A stretch of 64,000 nt of DNA from the IMG/VR virus record IMGVR_UViG_2534682207_000010, positions 12,441-76,440 of that record; one strand, given 5' to 3'. The stretch comes from a virus. Taxonomy: Duplodnaviria > Caudoviricetes. The notes below the pieces were generated by a model. The model was not told the origin of the DNA. It saw nothing but the letters and a program-made list of their open reading frames with translations, and made no database searches. Below are positions 1 to 10,566 of the stretch, piece by piece. The position numbers were made by a program, and so were the translations under genes. Position 1 is the first letter of the stretch. Each line of letters starts with the position of its first letter.

Positions 1-3
1 TCA

Positions 4-876
4 ATGATAGAGGGATATCCGATTCCACCATTCTATTTTGCACGGAAAGATGATGGTAAGTATGACGCTTTAGATGGTCAGCAGAGGTCACTTTCTATTA
101 AGGGATATCTGGATGGAGAGTTTCCTTTATCAGATGATACTCCGCAAGTAATAGATGAAAATGGTTTTCCTGTGACTGTTTCAGGGTTGAAGTTTTCAGA
201 ACTTCCAGAGTGGGCGCAGGACAATATTAAGGATTATTCACTGACAATCTATTACTTTGAGGGCATTACTGAGGAAGAGATTGCAGAACTGTTCTTCCGT
301 ATTAATAACGGAAAGCCTCTTACCAGTGTAGAACTGACAAGAGTTAAAGCGAAAAGCATTCTGAAATTCCAGGAAATTGCCAAGCATGAAATGATTGCAG
401 GGGCAATTACTGAAGCAGGGAAGCGTCGCTACAATGACGAAAATGTTGCTATGCAAGCCTGGGCATTATGCTTTTCGGATTGCCGGGACTTCACGACAAA
501 AGGCTTTCGCCCTCTTATCGAATCAGCGGAGGTTACAGATGAGCAGGTACAGGAAATTGGACAGGCCCTTGATTATGTTAAGGAAGTCAGCGACCTTTTA
601 AATCCTGAAGAAAAGATAGATAAGCGTGTATTGAAGAAAATTAAGACTAGAAGCCATCTGGTGTCCTGTACATATGTTGCACTGAAAGCATTACGGGCTG
701 GAAAGTCGGTAGATGAACTGAAAGATATTCTGTATAAGTTCTTCGATTCCAGCCAAACCAGTGTGAGCGAGATTTACAACAAGTCTGTTGGGAGCGGTTC
801 TGCGAAGCCGGATAAGGTGCAGAGCAGAGTGCAGGTGCTTGATTCACTGATTGGAGGGAGATATGAAAATATATAA
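4..876 (+). CDS. DUF262 (GmrSD/ParB-like) domain protein, probably 5'-truncated by window edge
   Basis: P-IPP-Y...DALDGQQR motif typical of DUF262; frame is open to base 1. Confidence 0.75.
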   Translation: MIEGYPIPPFYFARKDDGKYDALDGQQRSLSIKGYLDGEFPLSDDTPQVIDENGFPVTVSGLKFSELPEWAQDNIKDYSLTIYYFEGITEEEIAELFFRINNGKPLTSVELTRVKAKSILKFQEIAKHEMIAGAITEAGKRRYNDENVAMQAWALCFSDCRDFTTKGFRPLIESAEVTDEQVQEIGQALDYVKEVSDLLNPEEKIDKRVLKKIKTRSHLVSCTYVALKALRAGKSVDELKDILYKFFDSSQTSVSEIYNKSVGSGSAKPDKVQSRVQVLDSLIGGRYENI

Positions 877-1165
877 ATTTCGATATCGTTCATGGTCTGT
901 ACAGTTTGAACGAACGGAGTATGAGGCAGAAGAAAAACCAAAATCTTATACCCTTTTAGGAGTATCGAACAGGCGTATATTAAAAAGAGAAATCGGTACA
1001 GTGACTGGATTTAACGATACTGTATATCTTTTGGAGGATGACAAAAAGAAAGCTGTTGAGCTTCTGATTGAGAAGCAAAGGGAACTCTTCAAAATGGAGA
1101 GTGACCGTCATTTGAAAGAGGTTTGCAGGATAGAAAACACTATAAAAACTTTGGAGGAATTATGA
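851..1165 (+). CDS. hypothetical phage protein
   Basis: ORF with GGAGGG RBS, overlaps both neighbours. Confidence 0.6.
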   Translation: MEGDMKIYKFRYRSWSVQFERTEYEAEEKPKSYTLLGVSNRRILKREIGTVTGFNDTVYLLEDDKKKAVELLIEKQRELFKMESDRHLKEVCRIENTIKTLEEL

Positions 1166-1731
1166 AGAAAGTCGCAAGAGTAATTGTTACATATAAATGC
1201 CCCAGGCATTGCGAAAACTGCTGTAATGAGCATATCGGGAATGTTCCGGAGGTTAAGTTTGAAGATTTGCTGAAATACGAGGAATTGGTAATCACCGGAG
1301 GAGAGCCGATGTTACTTGCGCCGAGAGTTTTGGAAATGATTCATCGCCTTCGGGCAAATGGATATGACGGAAAGATTTGGCTGTATACGTCATGCGTTAA
1401 AACCGCCAGATGGGCAGACATAGCCGTTTTAAAGGAAGTGGACGGAATAACCTACACCTTGCACCATAAACCCTCTAAAACGGATTTAATGGACGCAAGA
1501 AAGCTTAGCAAGTACATTCTGGATAATTTTGATAACAGAAAAAATAGGCGCTCTGACAGACTGTTGATTGACAGCCGCTGCTATACGAATGAGGTTCTGA
1601 CCATTATCGGACTTGATACGGAAGATTCCTTGGGACATTGGACAAGCGTAAAATCGCTGAAATGGAAAGATGGAGCGTGTCCGTTACCGGAGAGCGAGGA
1701 ATTGGTTTTCTATGATTTGGAAGAGGAGTAG
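1162..1731 (+). CDS. radical SAM protein
   Basis: CxxxCxxC (CPRHCENC) and TGGEP motifs; GGAGG RBS before ATG 1162. Confidence 0.8.
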   Translation: MKKVARVIVTYKCPRHCENCCNEHIGNVPEVKFEDLLKYEELVITGGEPMLLAPRVLEMIHRLRANGYDGKIWLYTSCVKTARWADIAVLKEVDGITYTLHHKPSKTDLMDARKLSKYILDNFDNRKNRRSDRLLIDSRCYTNEVLTIIGLDTEDSLGHWTSVKSLKWKDGACPLPESEELVFYDLEEE

Positions 1732-1754
1732 AAAGGCAAACAGGAGAAAAACGA

Positions 1755-1943
1755 ATGGACTTTTACAGATGCCCATATGTGGACGTGATACCATTCCGGA
1801 ATGGAAATGAATATGATGAGTGTTATCGGTGTGGAGCGACTGGAAAGACTTGTGATGCTTGTCAATGTAAACTAACGCCAGAGCAGGCAGAAAGTTTGTT
1901 TGCAGAAAAAGGAGCAGAGTATGGTAAAGAGTGTAGTCTATGA
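1755..1943 (+). CDS. small Cys-rich protein, paralogue of 11317-11481
   Basis: MDFYRCPYVDVIPFRNGNEYDE...CQCKLTPE closely matches the second copy. Confidence 0.7.
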   Translation: MDFYRCPYVDVIPFRNGNEYDECYRCGATGKTCDACQCKLTPEQAESLFAEKGAEYGKECSL

Positions 1944-2205
1944 AAAGGTTACATACAAACAGATTGATGATATGAAGCATGCCATTGGTTTTGATAATCG
2001 AAAGGTACGTGGAACAAAGCACCGGAGATATGAGCCATATCGAAACTATTTTGACGCAGGCCACAGAGGTTCAGAGGACTGGGAGCAGCTTGTTTCTATT
2101 GGGTTAGCAACAAAAAGTGGCGAGCATTGGTATCACGTTTCTGATGATGGGCGTTTGTTCTTAAAACGTGTAACTGGTGTGGAAATTCTGCTGGAAAGTG
2201 ATTAA
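1921..2205 (+). CDS. hypothetical phage protein
   Basis: GGAG RBS before ATG 1921; overlapping gene junction. Confidence 0.65.
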   Translation: MVKSVVYEKVTYKQIDDMKHAIGFDNRKVRGTKHRRYEPYRNYFDAGHRGSEDWEQLVSIGLATKSGEHWYHVSDDGRLFLKRVTGVEILLESD

Positions 2206-2302
2206 TACATGGGCGCAATCCCATTTAAAACTATGATGTGATTTTAATAGGCCTATTAAATAAATGTAACCCGTAAACATATTGCTTATGGAGGAAAATA
2301 TC

Positions 2303-2734
2303 ATGGAAAAAGTAAATCTGGAAGAATTGGTAGGAGGAGGCCTGCAGGAAGTATTTGCAAAAGCGATGGAGGAAGTTGTTGAGAATATGCAGAATCCCAA
2401 CACTCCATACAAAAACAAGCGTGAAATCGCAATCAAACTTAAATTTGAGCAGAATGAGGACAGGAATGACGCGGCGGTGGATATTTCCGTCACAACAAAG
2501 CTGGCTCCGGTAAAACCGATGGTCACAAGAATGGCAATTGGAAAAGATTTAAGAACCAGAGAAGTGTACGCACAGGAGTATGGAAATACCATGCGTGGAC
2601 AGATGGAATTTAAGCCAAGCGCCCAGAATCCGGCGGAACTTGTAGTGGATGGAAAAACTGTAGACCCGGAAACAGGAGAAATTAAAGAGTCTCTGGTAAA
2701 GGTTTTGGATATGAGAACAGCTAAACAGGCATAA
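2303..2734 (+). CDS. conserved phage protein (replication-terminator-like family)
   Basis: GGAGG RBS; family recognised from memory, paired with next gene as in Firmicutes phages. Confidence 0.6.
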   Translation: MEKVNLEELVGGGLQEVFAKAMEEVVENMQNPNTPYKNKREIAIKLKFEQNEDRNDAAVDISVTTKLAPVKPMVTRMAIGKDLRTREVYAQEYGNTMRGQMEFKPSAQNPAELVVDGKTVDPETGEIKESLVKVLDMRTAKQA

Positions 2735-2748
2735 GGAGGATATGAAAA

Positions 2749-3471
2749 ATGGATATGACAAGAGACGCTTTACAGTATGTTGTTGGTTTAAAAACCGCGG
2801 AAGTTCTGGATATCAATGGTGAAAAGTATGTCGATAAGGACGTACATAGAGTGGACAAGGAACTTCGTGCTTCTGCCATTCAGATGAATACTCTTACCAG
2901 CCTGGTAGATTATCTGAAAGCTAGTGTTGATTCTATGGCAGACAAAATGTTGGTTCAGGTGGTTTCTCCTACGAAAGTAAGAGTACTCTCGATGCTGGAT
3001 GCAGACCGGAAACGCGAGGAATTGGTGGATGTAGAGGCCATGATTCCGGATTTTGAGTATGGGCGCTACATGGGAAATGAGCGTTTCATCATAGCTCTGC
3101 AGTCGAAATTCATTAACAACGATGACCGCACTTTGCTACTTCAGTTCGCTGGGACTGTCAAGGATGAATCTATCGCCCAGTACGGAGATGATGGCGTGAC
3201 CCAGAAAGCTACCATTAAAACAGGAATTACAAGTGTAGGAGATGCCGTTGTGCCTAATCCGGTTAAATTACGGCCATTCCGTACATTCATTGAGGTAGAA
3301 CAACCGGAAAGTGCATTTGTATTCCGCATGAGACAGGCAGAAGAACATGGTGTTGAGTGTGCTATCTTTGAGGCCGATGGTGGTGCGTGGAAGAATGCGG
3401 CCATGAAGTCAATTAAAGAGTATTTGCAGTATGAATTGGCAGAGCTGCCGCAGTTCACCGTAATTTCCTAA
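2749..3471 (+). CDS. conserved phage protein (DUF2303-like)
   Basis: PNPVKLRPFRTFIEVEQPES...EADGGAWK signature; AGGAGG RBS. Confidence 0.65.
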   Translation: MDMTRDALQYVVGLKTAEVLDINGEKYVDKDVHRVDKELRASAIQMNTLTSLVDYLKASVDSMADKMLVQVVSPTKVRVLSMLDADRKREELVDVEAMIPDFEYGRYMGNERFIIALQSKFINNDDRTLLLQFAGTVKDESIAQYGDDGVTQKATIKTGITSVGDAVVPNPVKLRPFRTFIEVEQPESAFVFRMRQAEEHGVECAIFEADGGAWKNAAMKSIKEYLQYELAELPQFTVIS

Positions 3472-3523
3472 GTTTGATATTGCCGGCTGTCTTTCGGGGC
3501 AGCCGGAGAAAGAGAGACAAAAC

Positions 3524-3973
3524 ATGAACAGAGTCATTTTAATGGGTCGACTGACCAGAGACCCGGAAGTGAGATATTCCCAGGGAGAACGCTCCATGGC
3601 GATTGCCAGGTACACCCTTGCAGTGGACAGAAGGGGCCGCAGGAACCAGGACAGTTCCGCAGAGCAGCAGACAGCCGATTTTATCAACTGTGTTGCATTT
3701 GACCGCGCGGCCGAGTTTGCCGAGAAGTATTTCCGTCAGGGAATGCGGGTACTCGTGTCAGGCAGAATCCAGACAGGTAGCTATGTAAATAAAGAAGGTC
3801 AGAAAGTATACACCACCGAGGTCATTTTGGATGACCAGGAGTTTGCGGATAGTAAAGGAGCTTCCAGTGGTGGAAATCAGCCACAGGATAGACCTGCTTC
3901 AAACAGTCCGCTTGGAGATGGATTTATGAATATTCCAGATGGGGTAGAGGACGATGGTCTTCCCTTCAATTAA
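3524..3973 (+). CDS. ssb: single-stranded DNA-binding protein
   Basis: MNRVILMGRLTRDPEVRY N-terminus, OB fold, acidic DDGLPF tail. Confidence 0.97.
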   Translation: MNRVILMGRLTRDPEVRYSQGERSMAIARYTLAVDRRGRRNQDSSAEQQTADFINCVAFDRAAEFAEKYFRQGMRVLVSGRIQTGSYVNKEGQKVYTTEVILDDQEFADSKGASSGGNQPQDRPASNSPLGDGFMNIPDGVEDDGLPFN

Positions 3974-3986
3974 GGCGGTGGTATGA

Positions 3987-4604
3987 TTGAAAATCCTTAT
4001 TGATAAAGGGCAACAGGCCCACAAGCATGATTTAAAGCATGATTGTCTAAAAGCATTGGGAGCGGAATTACAGACTGTTCCGCTTCCGGTGGGAGATTAT
4101 GTTTTAGTAGACGACAGGGTTGCTGATGTTTTGAAACGGAAAGAAGCAAGAGGAATCCCGGTAAAGAAAATGGATTTATCCGGTAGCTACACTGTTTCGG
4201 TGGACACGAAGAGGGATATACAGGAAGCAATTGGGAATATTTGCGGTAAACAACATGAACGTTTTCGAGATGAATGCATTCTTGCCATGAATAATGGAAT
4301 AACTTTATATGTCCTTGTAGAGAACGAGGATGGCATTTCCTGCCTGTCTGACCTGTACGCATGGGAAAATCCACGCAGGAGAATGCAAAAGTGGACTACA
4401 ACACCTTCAGGAGAGCGTAGAAAGGTATTACTAAGCCCTAATGCAACAAAAGGAGAGACACTGGCGAAAGCTATAGAGACGATGGAACAAAAATACGGAG
4501 TGAAATTCCTTTTCTGCAAACCGGAAGAAGCTGGTGCAATGATATTGAAATTATTGGAGGTAGGTAATGGCAGAAAGACGTATGATGTCAAAAAAAATCA
4601 TTGA
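3987..4604 (+). CDS. ERCC4-domain nuclease (putative junction resolvase)
   Basis: LPVGDY...VDTKRDIQE...ERFRDEC pattern of phage ERCC4 proteins; TTG start. Confidence 0.7.
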   Translation: MKILIDKGQQAHKHDLKHDCLKALGAELQTVPLPVGDYVLVDDRVADVLKRKEARGIPVKKMDLSGSYTVSVDTKRDIQEAIGNICGKQHERFRDECILAMNNGITLYVLVENEDGISCLSDLYAWENPRRRMQKWTTTPSGERRKVLLSPNATKGETLAKAIETMEQKYGVKFLFCKPEEAGAMILKLLEVGNGRKTYDVKKNH

Positions 4605-5361
4605 TAGTGATGCATTTACCGAAATGCCATTATCATCACAAGCATTGTATTTTCACCTGTTGTTAAGAGCGGATGATGACGGATTCTTAAATAACGCTAA
4701 GAAGATAATGAGGGACGTTGGTGCAAACCAAAATGACTATGACATGTTACTTATGAAGCGCTTCCTCATCCAGTTTGAAGATGGAGTTTGCGTTATAAAG
4801 CATTGGAGGATACATAATTATATCCAAAAGGACCGATATAAGCCAACTTTATATACTGACGAGTTGTCGCTTTTGACTCAAAAAGAAAACGGTGCATACA
4901 GTTTGGTAACTGATTGCGAACAGTCTGGAAACAATTTGGATACAAAATGTATCCAGGCTGAATCCACAATGTCTACATTGGACGCGCAGGTTAGGTTAGA
5001 TAAGGATAGGATAGGTATAGGTAAAAATATTATAGTGTCTGACGACACTATATGTCGGACAGATGTCCAACGAGTAGTAGAAGCTTGGAATCAGATTGGA
5101 GTGAATCCTGTTAGTAGAATGACATCAACATCCACCAGGTACAAAATGATTTCTGCCAGAATAAAAGAGTATGGCATTGATGATGTTCTCAAAGCGATAC
5201 AAAAAATAAATGGCAGCACATTTTTGAAAGGTGGAGGCAACCGCGGTTGGATGATTGATTTTGAATGGTTTGCCAGACCCAACAATTTTCCTAAAGTGCT
5301 TGAAGGTCAATATGATGACAAGAATAAATCTGGGAGTTTGGAGGGATGGCTGAATGAGTAA
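4567..5361 (+). CDS. phage replisome organiser / replication initiator
   Basis: MAERRMMSKKIIDSDAFTEMPLSSQALYFHL...ADDDGF N-terminus; C-terminal IDFEWF..NNF.KVLEG.YD. Confidence 0.88.
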   Translation: MAERRMMSKKIIDSDAFTEMPLSSQALYFHLLLRADDDGFLNNAKKIMRDVGANQNDYDMLLMKRFLIQFEDGVCVIKHWRIHNYIQKDRYKPTLYTDELSLLTQKENGAYSLVTDCEQSGNNLDTKCIQAESTMSTLDAQVRLDKDRIGIGKNIIVSDDTICRTDVQRVVEAWNQIGVNPVSRMTSTSTRYKMISARIKEYGIDDVLKAIQKINGSTFLKGGGNRGWMIDFEWFARPNNFPKVLEGQYDDKNKSGSLEGWLNE

Positions 5362-5611
5362 GACAGACTTTGTGGATGTTATTTCATTTTTGCGTGGAGC
5401 TTATGCCAGAAATGATTTGCTGAAGGATGTAAACGAGGTTAATGTATGGTTCGAAGCACTGTGTGATTTAGAGTCCGAATGGATAAAGAAAGCAGCAGTC
5501 CAATGGGTTCAAGAAAGCAAATTTCCACCAGCAATTTCCGAGATTAGGGATTTGGCAAAGAAAATTGAACAACGTGCTTACGAGAATGGTGAGACCAAGA
5601 TATGGCAGTAG
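5354..5611 (+). CDS. helicase loader/inhibitor (G39P-like)
   Basis: Position after initiator; W...L.DL...KFPPAISEI pattern. Confidence 0.6.
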   Translation: MSKTDFVDVISFLRGAYARNDLLKDVNEVNVWFEALCDLESEWIKKAAVQWVQESKFPPAISEIRDLAKKIEQRAYENGETKIWQ

Positions 5612-7632
5612 GGAAAAAGATATTTGAACCAGATGAAATCCGAAAAACAATACAGGCCTTAAAAGACTCTGGGGAACTGTTTGAGGTAAGATGCCTTGAG
5701 TCAAATGGAAAAAGAGTTAGTAGCGGATATTTTCGTGACACAGAAATGATGCTGGAACAGCTAAGTAAATTGAGTACATCTGATAGTAACATATATATTA
5801 TGCTTAACAATATCAAACCAGAATGCTACTCCAGAGAGCAACGCGATAAATTTATTACAAATGCAAAAGTTCAAACCAGTGATAATGATATTTGCGGATA
5901 TGAATGGCTGTTTATTGATGTGGACCCGAAACGTCCTGCGGGAGTGTCAAGTACGGATGAACAGTTGAGACAAGCCAAGGGAGTGGGAAATAAGGTTTAC
6001 GCCTTTATGAAAAATCTTGGGTTTAATAATCCGATAACAGCCATGAGCGGAAATGGAATTCATCTATTGTACAAGATTAGGCTTCGGAACAGTGAGGAAA
6101 ATAAGACACTAATTAAAAATTGTCTTTTAGCGCTGGATATGCTTTTTTCGGATGAATTTGTCGATATTGATAAAACGAATTTTAATCCGGCACGAATTTG
6201 TAAGCTGTATGGAACCATGGCCCGCAAAGGAAGTAATACACCGGAGAACCCGCATCGAATGAGCCATTTGTTGTCAGAGGGAAGTAGGGAACCGACCGAC
6301 AGGGCATATCTGGAGAAACTGTCCGCTATGCTTCCGGTACCAGAGAAGCCACAGAAATACAATGGTTACAGCCCCAGAGAATTCGACTTGGAGGAATGGC
6401 TGATAAAATATGGATTGCGGTATCAAAAGACCAGTTATTCGGACGGAACCAAGTATATTTTGGAACAATGCCCGTTTGACAGCAACCACAAAGGAAAAGA
6501 CGCCTGTATTTTCCAGGCGCGGTCAGGGGCAATCGGATTTCATTGCTTTCACAATTCCTGCCAGGACAAGACCTGGAGGGATGTGAGAATGTTGTTTGAG
6601 CCAGATGCCTATGAGAAGTGTCAGCAGGATTATGAGCGGAGGATTTATTCCCGCCAGCCAGTACAGCAGGCAAAGGTTATACGGCCGATAGATGGAAAAC
6701 CAGTATTTTATACAGCTCAGGACGTTCTGAACCTGCCAGTACCAGAAGAAAGATTTATCAAAACCGGAATTGCAGATATAGACAAGAAACTGCGTGGAAT
6801 GAAAAAAGGTTACGTTTCCGTTATGTCTGGACTGCGGGCCGCCGGAAAGAGTTCTGTGATTTCTGAAATGGTTCTGGATGGTGTTGAGTCTGGAAATAAT
6901 ATCGGAGTTTTTTCCGGGGAACTGGCACCAAAGAACTTTATGCGTTGGATGAATTTACAGGCGGCTGGAAAGGGATACACAGAAACAACTCAGTTTGAAG
7001 GGTATTACAACGTACAACGGAAATACCAGGAGCAGATAGCACAATGGTTAGGAGAACACTTCTGGTTGTATAACAATGAATACGGATTTGACTTTCAGGC
7101 AGTAGTTGACCAGTTTAAGAGAAAAATCGAAAAAGATAAACTGGATATGCTGATTCTGGACAACCTAATGACCTTTGATATTTCCGGTATGTCAGAAAAC
7201 AAATTTGAGGCACAGACTAAGTTTATCCTTGCTTTACAGGGTGAGATAGCCAAGCCATACAATGTGCATATCATGTTTGTGGCACATCCGAGAAAAGCCA
7301 TGGGATTCCTCCGGTTGGATGATATTTCAGGAACAGCAGATTTGGGCAACGCTGTAGATAACGCTTTTATTGTTCACAGAGTAAATCAGGATTTTAAACG
7401 CCTTAGTAAACAGATGTTTGGATGGAAAGATGATAACCAGATTTACCAGGCTACAAACGTTATAGAGATTGCTAAAGACCGTGATGGCGGTGTGATGGAT
7501 TACTTTATCCCACTTTATTATGAGCCAGAAACCAAACGCCTGAAAAACTATTCTTCCGAAAACAAAATATACGGGTGGAATAAGACCGATAATGGCTTCA
7601 TTGCAGTACATGGGGAAATACCGTTTGATTAA
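5602..7632 (+). CDS. primase-helicase (primase-like N-terminus, SF4/DnaB-like ATPase C-terminus)
   Basis: FIDVDPKR and SGNGIH primase-like motifs, Cys/His Zn cluster, Walker A variant SGLRAAGKS, Walker B LILDNL, VAHPRK. Confidence 0.85.
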   Translation: MAVGKKIFEPDEIRKTIQALKDSGELFEVRCLESNGKRVSSGYFRDTEMMLEQLSKLSTSDSNIYIMLNNIKPECYSREQRDKFITNAKVQTSDNDICGYEWLFIDVDPKRPAGVSSTDEQLRQAKGVGNKVYAFMKNLGFNNPITAMSGNGIHLLYKIRLRNSEENKTLIKNCLLALDMLFSDEFVDIDKTNFNPARICKLYGTMARKGSNTPENPHRMSHLLSEGSREPTDRAYLEKLSAMLPVPEKPQKYNGYSPREFDLEEWLIKYGLRYQKTSYSDGTKYILEQCPFDSNHKGKDACIFQARSGAIGFHCFHNSCQDKTWRDVRMLFEPDAYEKCQQDYERRIYSRQPVQQAKVIRPIDGKPVFYTAQDVLNLPVPEERFIKTGIADIDKKLRGMKKGYVSVMSGLRAAGKSSVISEMVLDGVESGNNIGVFSGELAPKNFMRWMNLQAAGKGYTETTQFEGYYNVQRKYQEQIAQWLGEHFWLYNNEYGFDFQAVVDQFKRKIEKDKLDMLILDNLMTFDISGMSENKFEAQTKFILALQGEIAKPYNVHIMFVAHPRKAMGFLRLDDISGTADLGNAVDNAFIVHRVNQDFKRLSKQMFGWKDDNQIYQATNVIEIAKDRDGGVMDYFIPLYYEPETKRLKNYSSENKIYGWNKTDNGFIAVHGEIPFD

Positions 7633-7703
7633 ACACACATTTTGAAAAATATGAAAGGAGTCGACCTCCGGCCGGAGAAAAGCTATAGCGGGTCCTTTTG
7701 AAA

Positions 7704-9329
7704 ATGAGAGATTTGATTATTGACTGTTTCGCTGGTGGCGGAGGGGCAAGCGTAGGAATAGAGATGGCACTGGGGCGACCGGTTGATATTGCAATCAACC
7801 ATGACCCGCAGGCGATTCGGATGCACAAGGTTAATCACCCGGATACGCTGCATTTGTCAGAGGATATATTCAAGGTTGACCTGCAAAAGTATGTAAGAGG
7901 ACGGCATGTGGCGCTTATGTGGGCGAGTCCAGACTGCACCAGTCACAGCAAAGCGAAAGGAGGACAGCCAAGGAAAAAAGGACTGAGAATCCTACCGTGG
8001 GCGGTGTACAAGCACACCAAAGCAATTCTTCCAGATGTAATTATCATGGAGAATGTGGAGGAAATACAGCAATGGGGGCCGTTGGACAAGACAGGCCATC
8101 CGATACCAGAGCGAAAAGGAGAGGATTACAAAAAATTCATTACCGCGATGAAGTCTCTCGGATATGACTTTGACAGCCGAGAGTTGGTGGCGGCAGATTA
8201 TGGAGCACCTACTACGAGGAAGCGCTGGTATGCAATCTTCCGGCGAGACGGTAAGCCGATTATCTGGCCGGAGCCGACACATAGTAAGAAGGGCACAGAC
8301 GGATTGAAGAAGTGGGAGCCTATCTGGAAGTATTTGGACTTGTCGGATATGGGGAAATCTATTTTCAACAGAAAGAAGCCACTGGCGGAAAAGACCATGA
8401 ATCGGATTGCACGGGGAATGGAGAAGTTTGTGTTTAATTGCCCGGAACCATTTATTGTACAGGTTAATCATGGTGGAGACAATTTCCGTGGTCAGAATAT
8501 TCACGAGCCAATGCCAACGATTACAGGGAAACATGGATTTGGAGTGGTAACACCATATATCATGCAGATAGGGCAAACAGGATTTTGTGCCGATAGAAAC
8601 CGTAGCATGGAAGAACCCATGAGTACAGTAGTTACAAAGAATGAGCATTGCTTAATCAGTCCTATTCTTATCCAGTATCATTCCGAAACTACCAAGAGCG
8701 GAGTGAGAGGGCAATCACTGGTGGAGCCAATCCAGACAATAGATACAAGTAACCGTTACGGGCTGGTTATGGCATTCTTGACAAAGTTTTATAAGTCAGG
8801 TTCTGGACAGTCTCTGGCAGAGCCGATACATACGATTACCACCTCTCCGGGACACTTCGGACAGGTCAGTGTGCTGGCGATACCGAAAGAAGAACTGCTT
8901 TCCAACGTTGGGAACGAAGCAGACGAGATAATTCAGAAATGCACCTGGGTGTCGCAATTTATCATGGAGTATTACGGCTGTGGTATTGGTCAGAGCATAA
9001 ATGGCCCTCTTCACACGATTGTGACGAAAGATAGATTTGCGTTGGTTACAGTGCTGGGGAACGAATATGCCATCATGGATATCTTCCTGCGGATGTTAAA
9101 GCCAAAGGAGTTAATGCTGGGGCAGGGATTTCCTCCAGATTATATTCTTGACCGGGATATTGACCGGAAACCATATCCTATAAGCGAACAGGTTGCACGC
9201 ATCGGAAATAGTGTGGTGCCAATTATGGCACAGGTGCTGGTGCAGGCAAATTGTCCGTATCTCAAAGTGGGTGAGCGGATGCCAAATATGAGAATTGATG
9301 ATAGTGAAATACAGCTAAAGTTTGCATAA
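7704..9329 (+). CDS. DNA (cytosine-5) methyltransferase
   Basis: DCFAGGGGAS motif I, SPDC catalytic motif, ENV, RKR, IGNSV. Confidence 0.93.
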   Translation: MRDLIIDCFAGGGGASVGIEMALGRPVDIAINHDPQAIRMHKVNHPDTLHLSEDIFKVDLQKYVRGRHVALMWASPDCTSHSKAKGGQPRKKGLRILPWAVYKHTKAILPDVIIMENVEEIQQWGPLDKTGHPIPERKGEDYKKFITAMKSLGYDFDSRELVAADYGAPTTRKRWYAIFRRDGKPIIWPEPTHSKKGTDGLKKWEPIWKYLDLSDMGKSIFNRKKPLAEKTMNRIARGMEKFVFNCPEPFIVQVNHGGDNFRGQNIHEPMPTITGKHGFGVVTPYIMQIGQTGFCADRNRSMEEPMSTVVTKNEHCLISPILIQYHSETTKSGVRGQSLVEPIQTIDTSNRYGLVMAFLTKFYKSGSGQSLAEPIHTITTSPGHFGQVSVLAIPKEELLSNVGNEADEIIQKCTWVSQFIMEYYGCGIGQSINGPLHTIVTKDRFALVTVLGNEYAIMDIFLRMLKPKELMLGQGFPPDYILDRDIDRKPYPISEQVARIGNSVVPIMAQVLVQANCPYLKVGERMPNMRIDDSEIQLKFA

Positions 9330-9357
9330 CAAAATTAACATTTAGCGGAGGTAAGAG

Positions 9358-9540
9358 ATGTTTTTATTGGAGAGAAAAGAAAGCTATGCAATGCCAAATA
9401 TTTTAGGAAATTGCTCACAACCGGTATATACATATCGCTGGAAAGCGATAGCGAAAAGTGAGACAGAGCGGCCACTATTAGATATGATTAAGGATATGGA
9501 TGTTACAACGCACAGAATAGTATCTAATCAACCGGATTAA
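9358..9540 (+). CDS. hypothetical cassette gene
   Basis: GGAGGT RBS after motif 9331; stop codon inside motif 9533. Confidence 0.65.
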   Translation: MFLLERKESYAMPNILGNCSQPVYTYRWKAIAKSETERPLLDMIKDMDVTTHRIVSNQPD

Positions 9541-9555
9541 AATTTGGAGGATAGG

Positions 9556-10248
9556 ATGGATTTCGGATATTACAACATGGATTGTATGGACGGGATGGAG
9601 CAGTTTCCGGATAAGTATTTTGACCTTGCGATTGTTGATCCGCCCTACTTCTCTGGCCCAGAACGCAGGAGATATTACGGAAGGAAAGTAAGCCCCATAG
9701 GCGTGCAGCGTTTTTATGAGCCTTCAGAAAACTGGGATGTACCCGGAGATGAATATTTCACGGAATTGGAACGGGTATCTAAGCATCAGATCGTATGGGG
9801 CTGTAATTATTTTAACTGGCATTTTCTGCCTGGCAGAATCATATGGGACAAATGCAATGGGAAAAGTAGTTTCTCAGATTGCGAGATTGCCTCCTGCACT
9901 TTACATGATTCAGTGCGCTTGTTCCGGTATATGTGGAATGGAATGATGCAGGGGAAATCCATGGAAGAAGGATGGATACAGCAAGGCAATAAGAAACTCA
10001 ATGAGAAGCGGATCCACCCAACGCAGAAACCGATTAACCTCTACCGCTGGTTGATTCAGAAGTATGTACAGCCTGGGTGGAAGGTAATAGACACGCACGT
10101 AGGAAGTGCAAGCAGCCTGATAGCATTTGAGGAGGCCAAACTACCATATGTGGGATTTGAGATTGATCCTAATCGGTATAAGTTGTCGAAACAGAGGCTT
10201 GAAGTGCATAGGGCGCAGTTAGCGTTGCATTATTTTGGGATATATTAA
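9556..10248 (+). CDS. DNA N6-adenine/N4-cytosine methyltransferase (beta class)
   Basis: DPPY motif IV, HPTQKP, DTHVGSAS motif I variant, GFEID. Confidence 0.88.
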   Translation: MDFGYYNMDCMDGMEQFPDKYFDLAIVDPPYFSGPERRRYYGRKVSPIGVQRFYEPSENWDVPGDEYFTELERVSKHQIVWGCNYFNWHFLPGRIIWDKCNGKSSFSDCEIASCTLHDSVRLFRYMWNGMMQGKSMEEGWIQQGNKKLNEKRIHPTQKPINLYRWLIQKYVQPGWKVIDTHVGSASSLIAFEEAKLPYVGFEIDPNRYKLSKQRLEVHRAQLALHYFGIY

Positions 10249-10281
10249 CATTTTTCGGGAGAACTGAAGGAAGGAAAAGAT

Positions 10282-10566
10282 ATGAAGGTATCAAAAGAAA
10301 TAGCAGAAAAGGCTGCTGAATACGAAGCGTTAAAAGAAAAATCAGATAAACTGTTCGAAGAATTGCAAAAGTGGTTTTCGGAGAATGCGGATATGGATGA
10401 TTGCTATTTATATGGATTCGGGGTGGCACAGGAAGCAGACGGTGAGGAGCAGGAGGAAGGGGAATACTGTAACCAATACCAGCGCGGTGAAGATTCGTTC
10501 GATGGAACATATTATTGGGCGGTTGAGGATAGCACACAATATGTATGGGTTAATTATTCAATTTAA
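10282..10566 (+). CDS. acidic hypothetical cassette gene
   Basis: RBS after motif 10241; stop codon inside motif 10559. Confidence 0.7.
   Translation: MKVSKEIAEKAAEYEALKEKSDKLFEELQKWFSENADMDDCYLYGFGVAQEADGEEQEEGEYCNQYQRGEDSFDGTYYWAVEDSTQYVWVNYSI

Noticed and set aside
7992-8648. Long antisense ORFs inside the C5 MTase, tape measure and other large genes
   Set aside because: Shadow frames opposite well-supported genes, with no independent signals.
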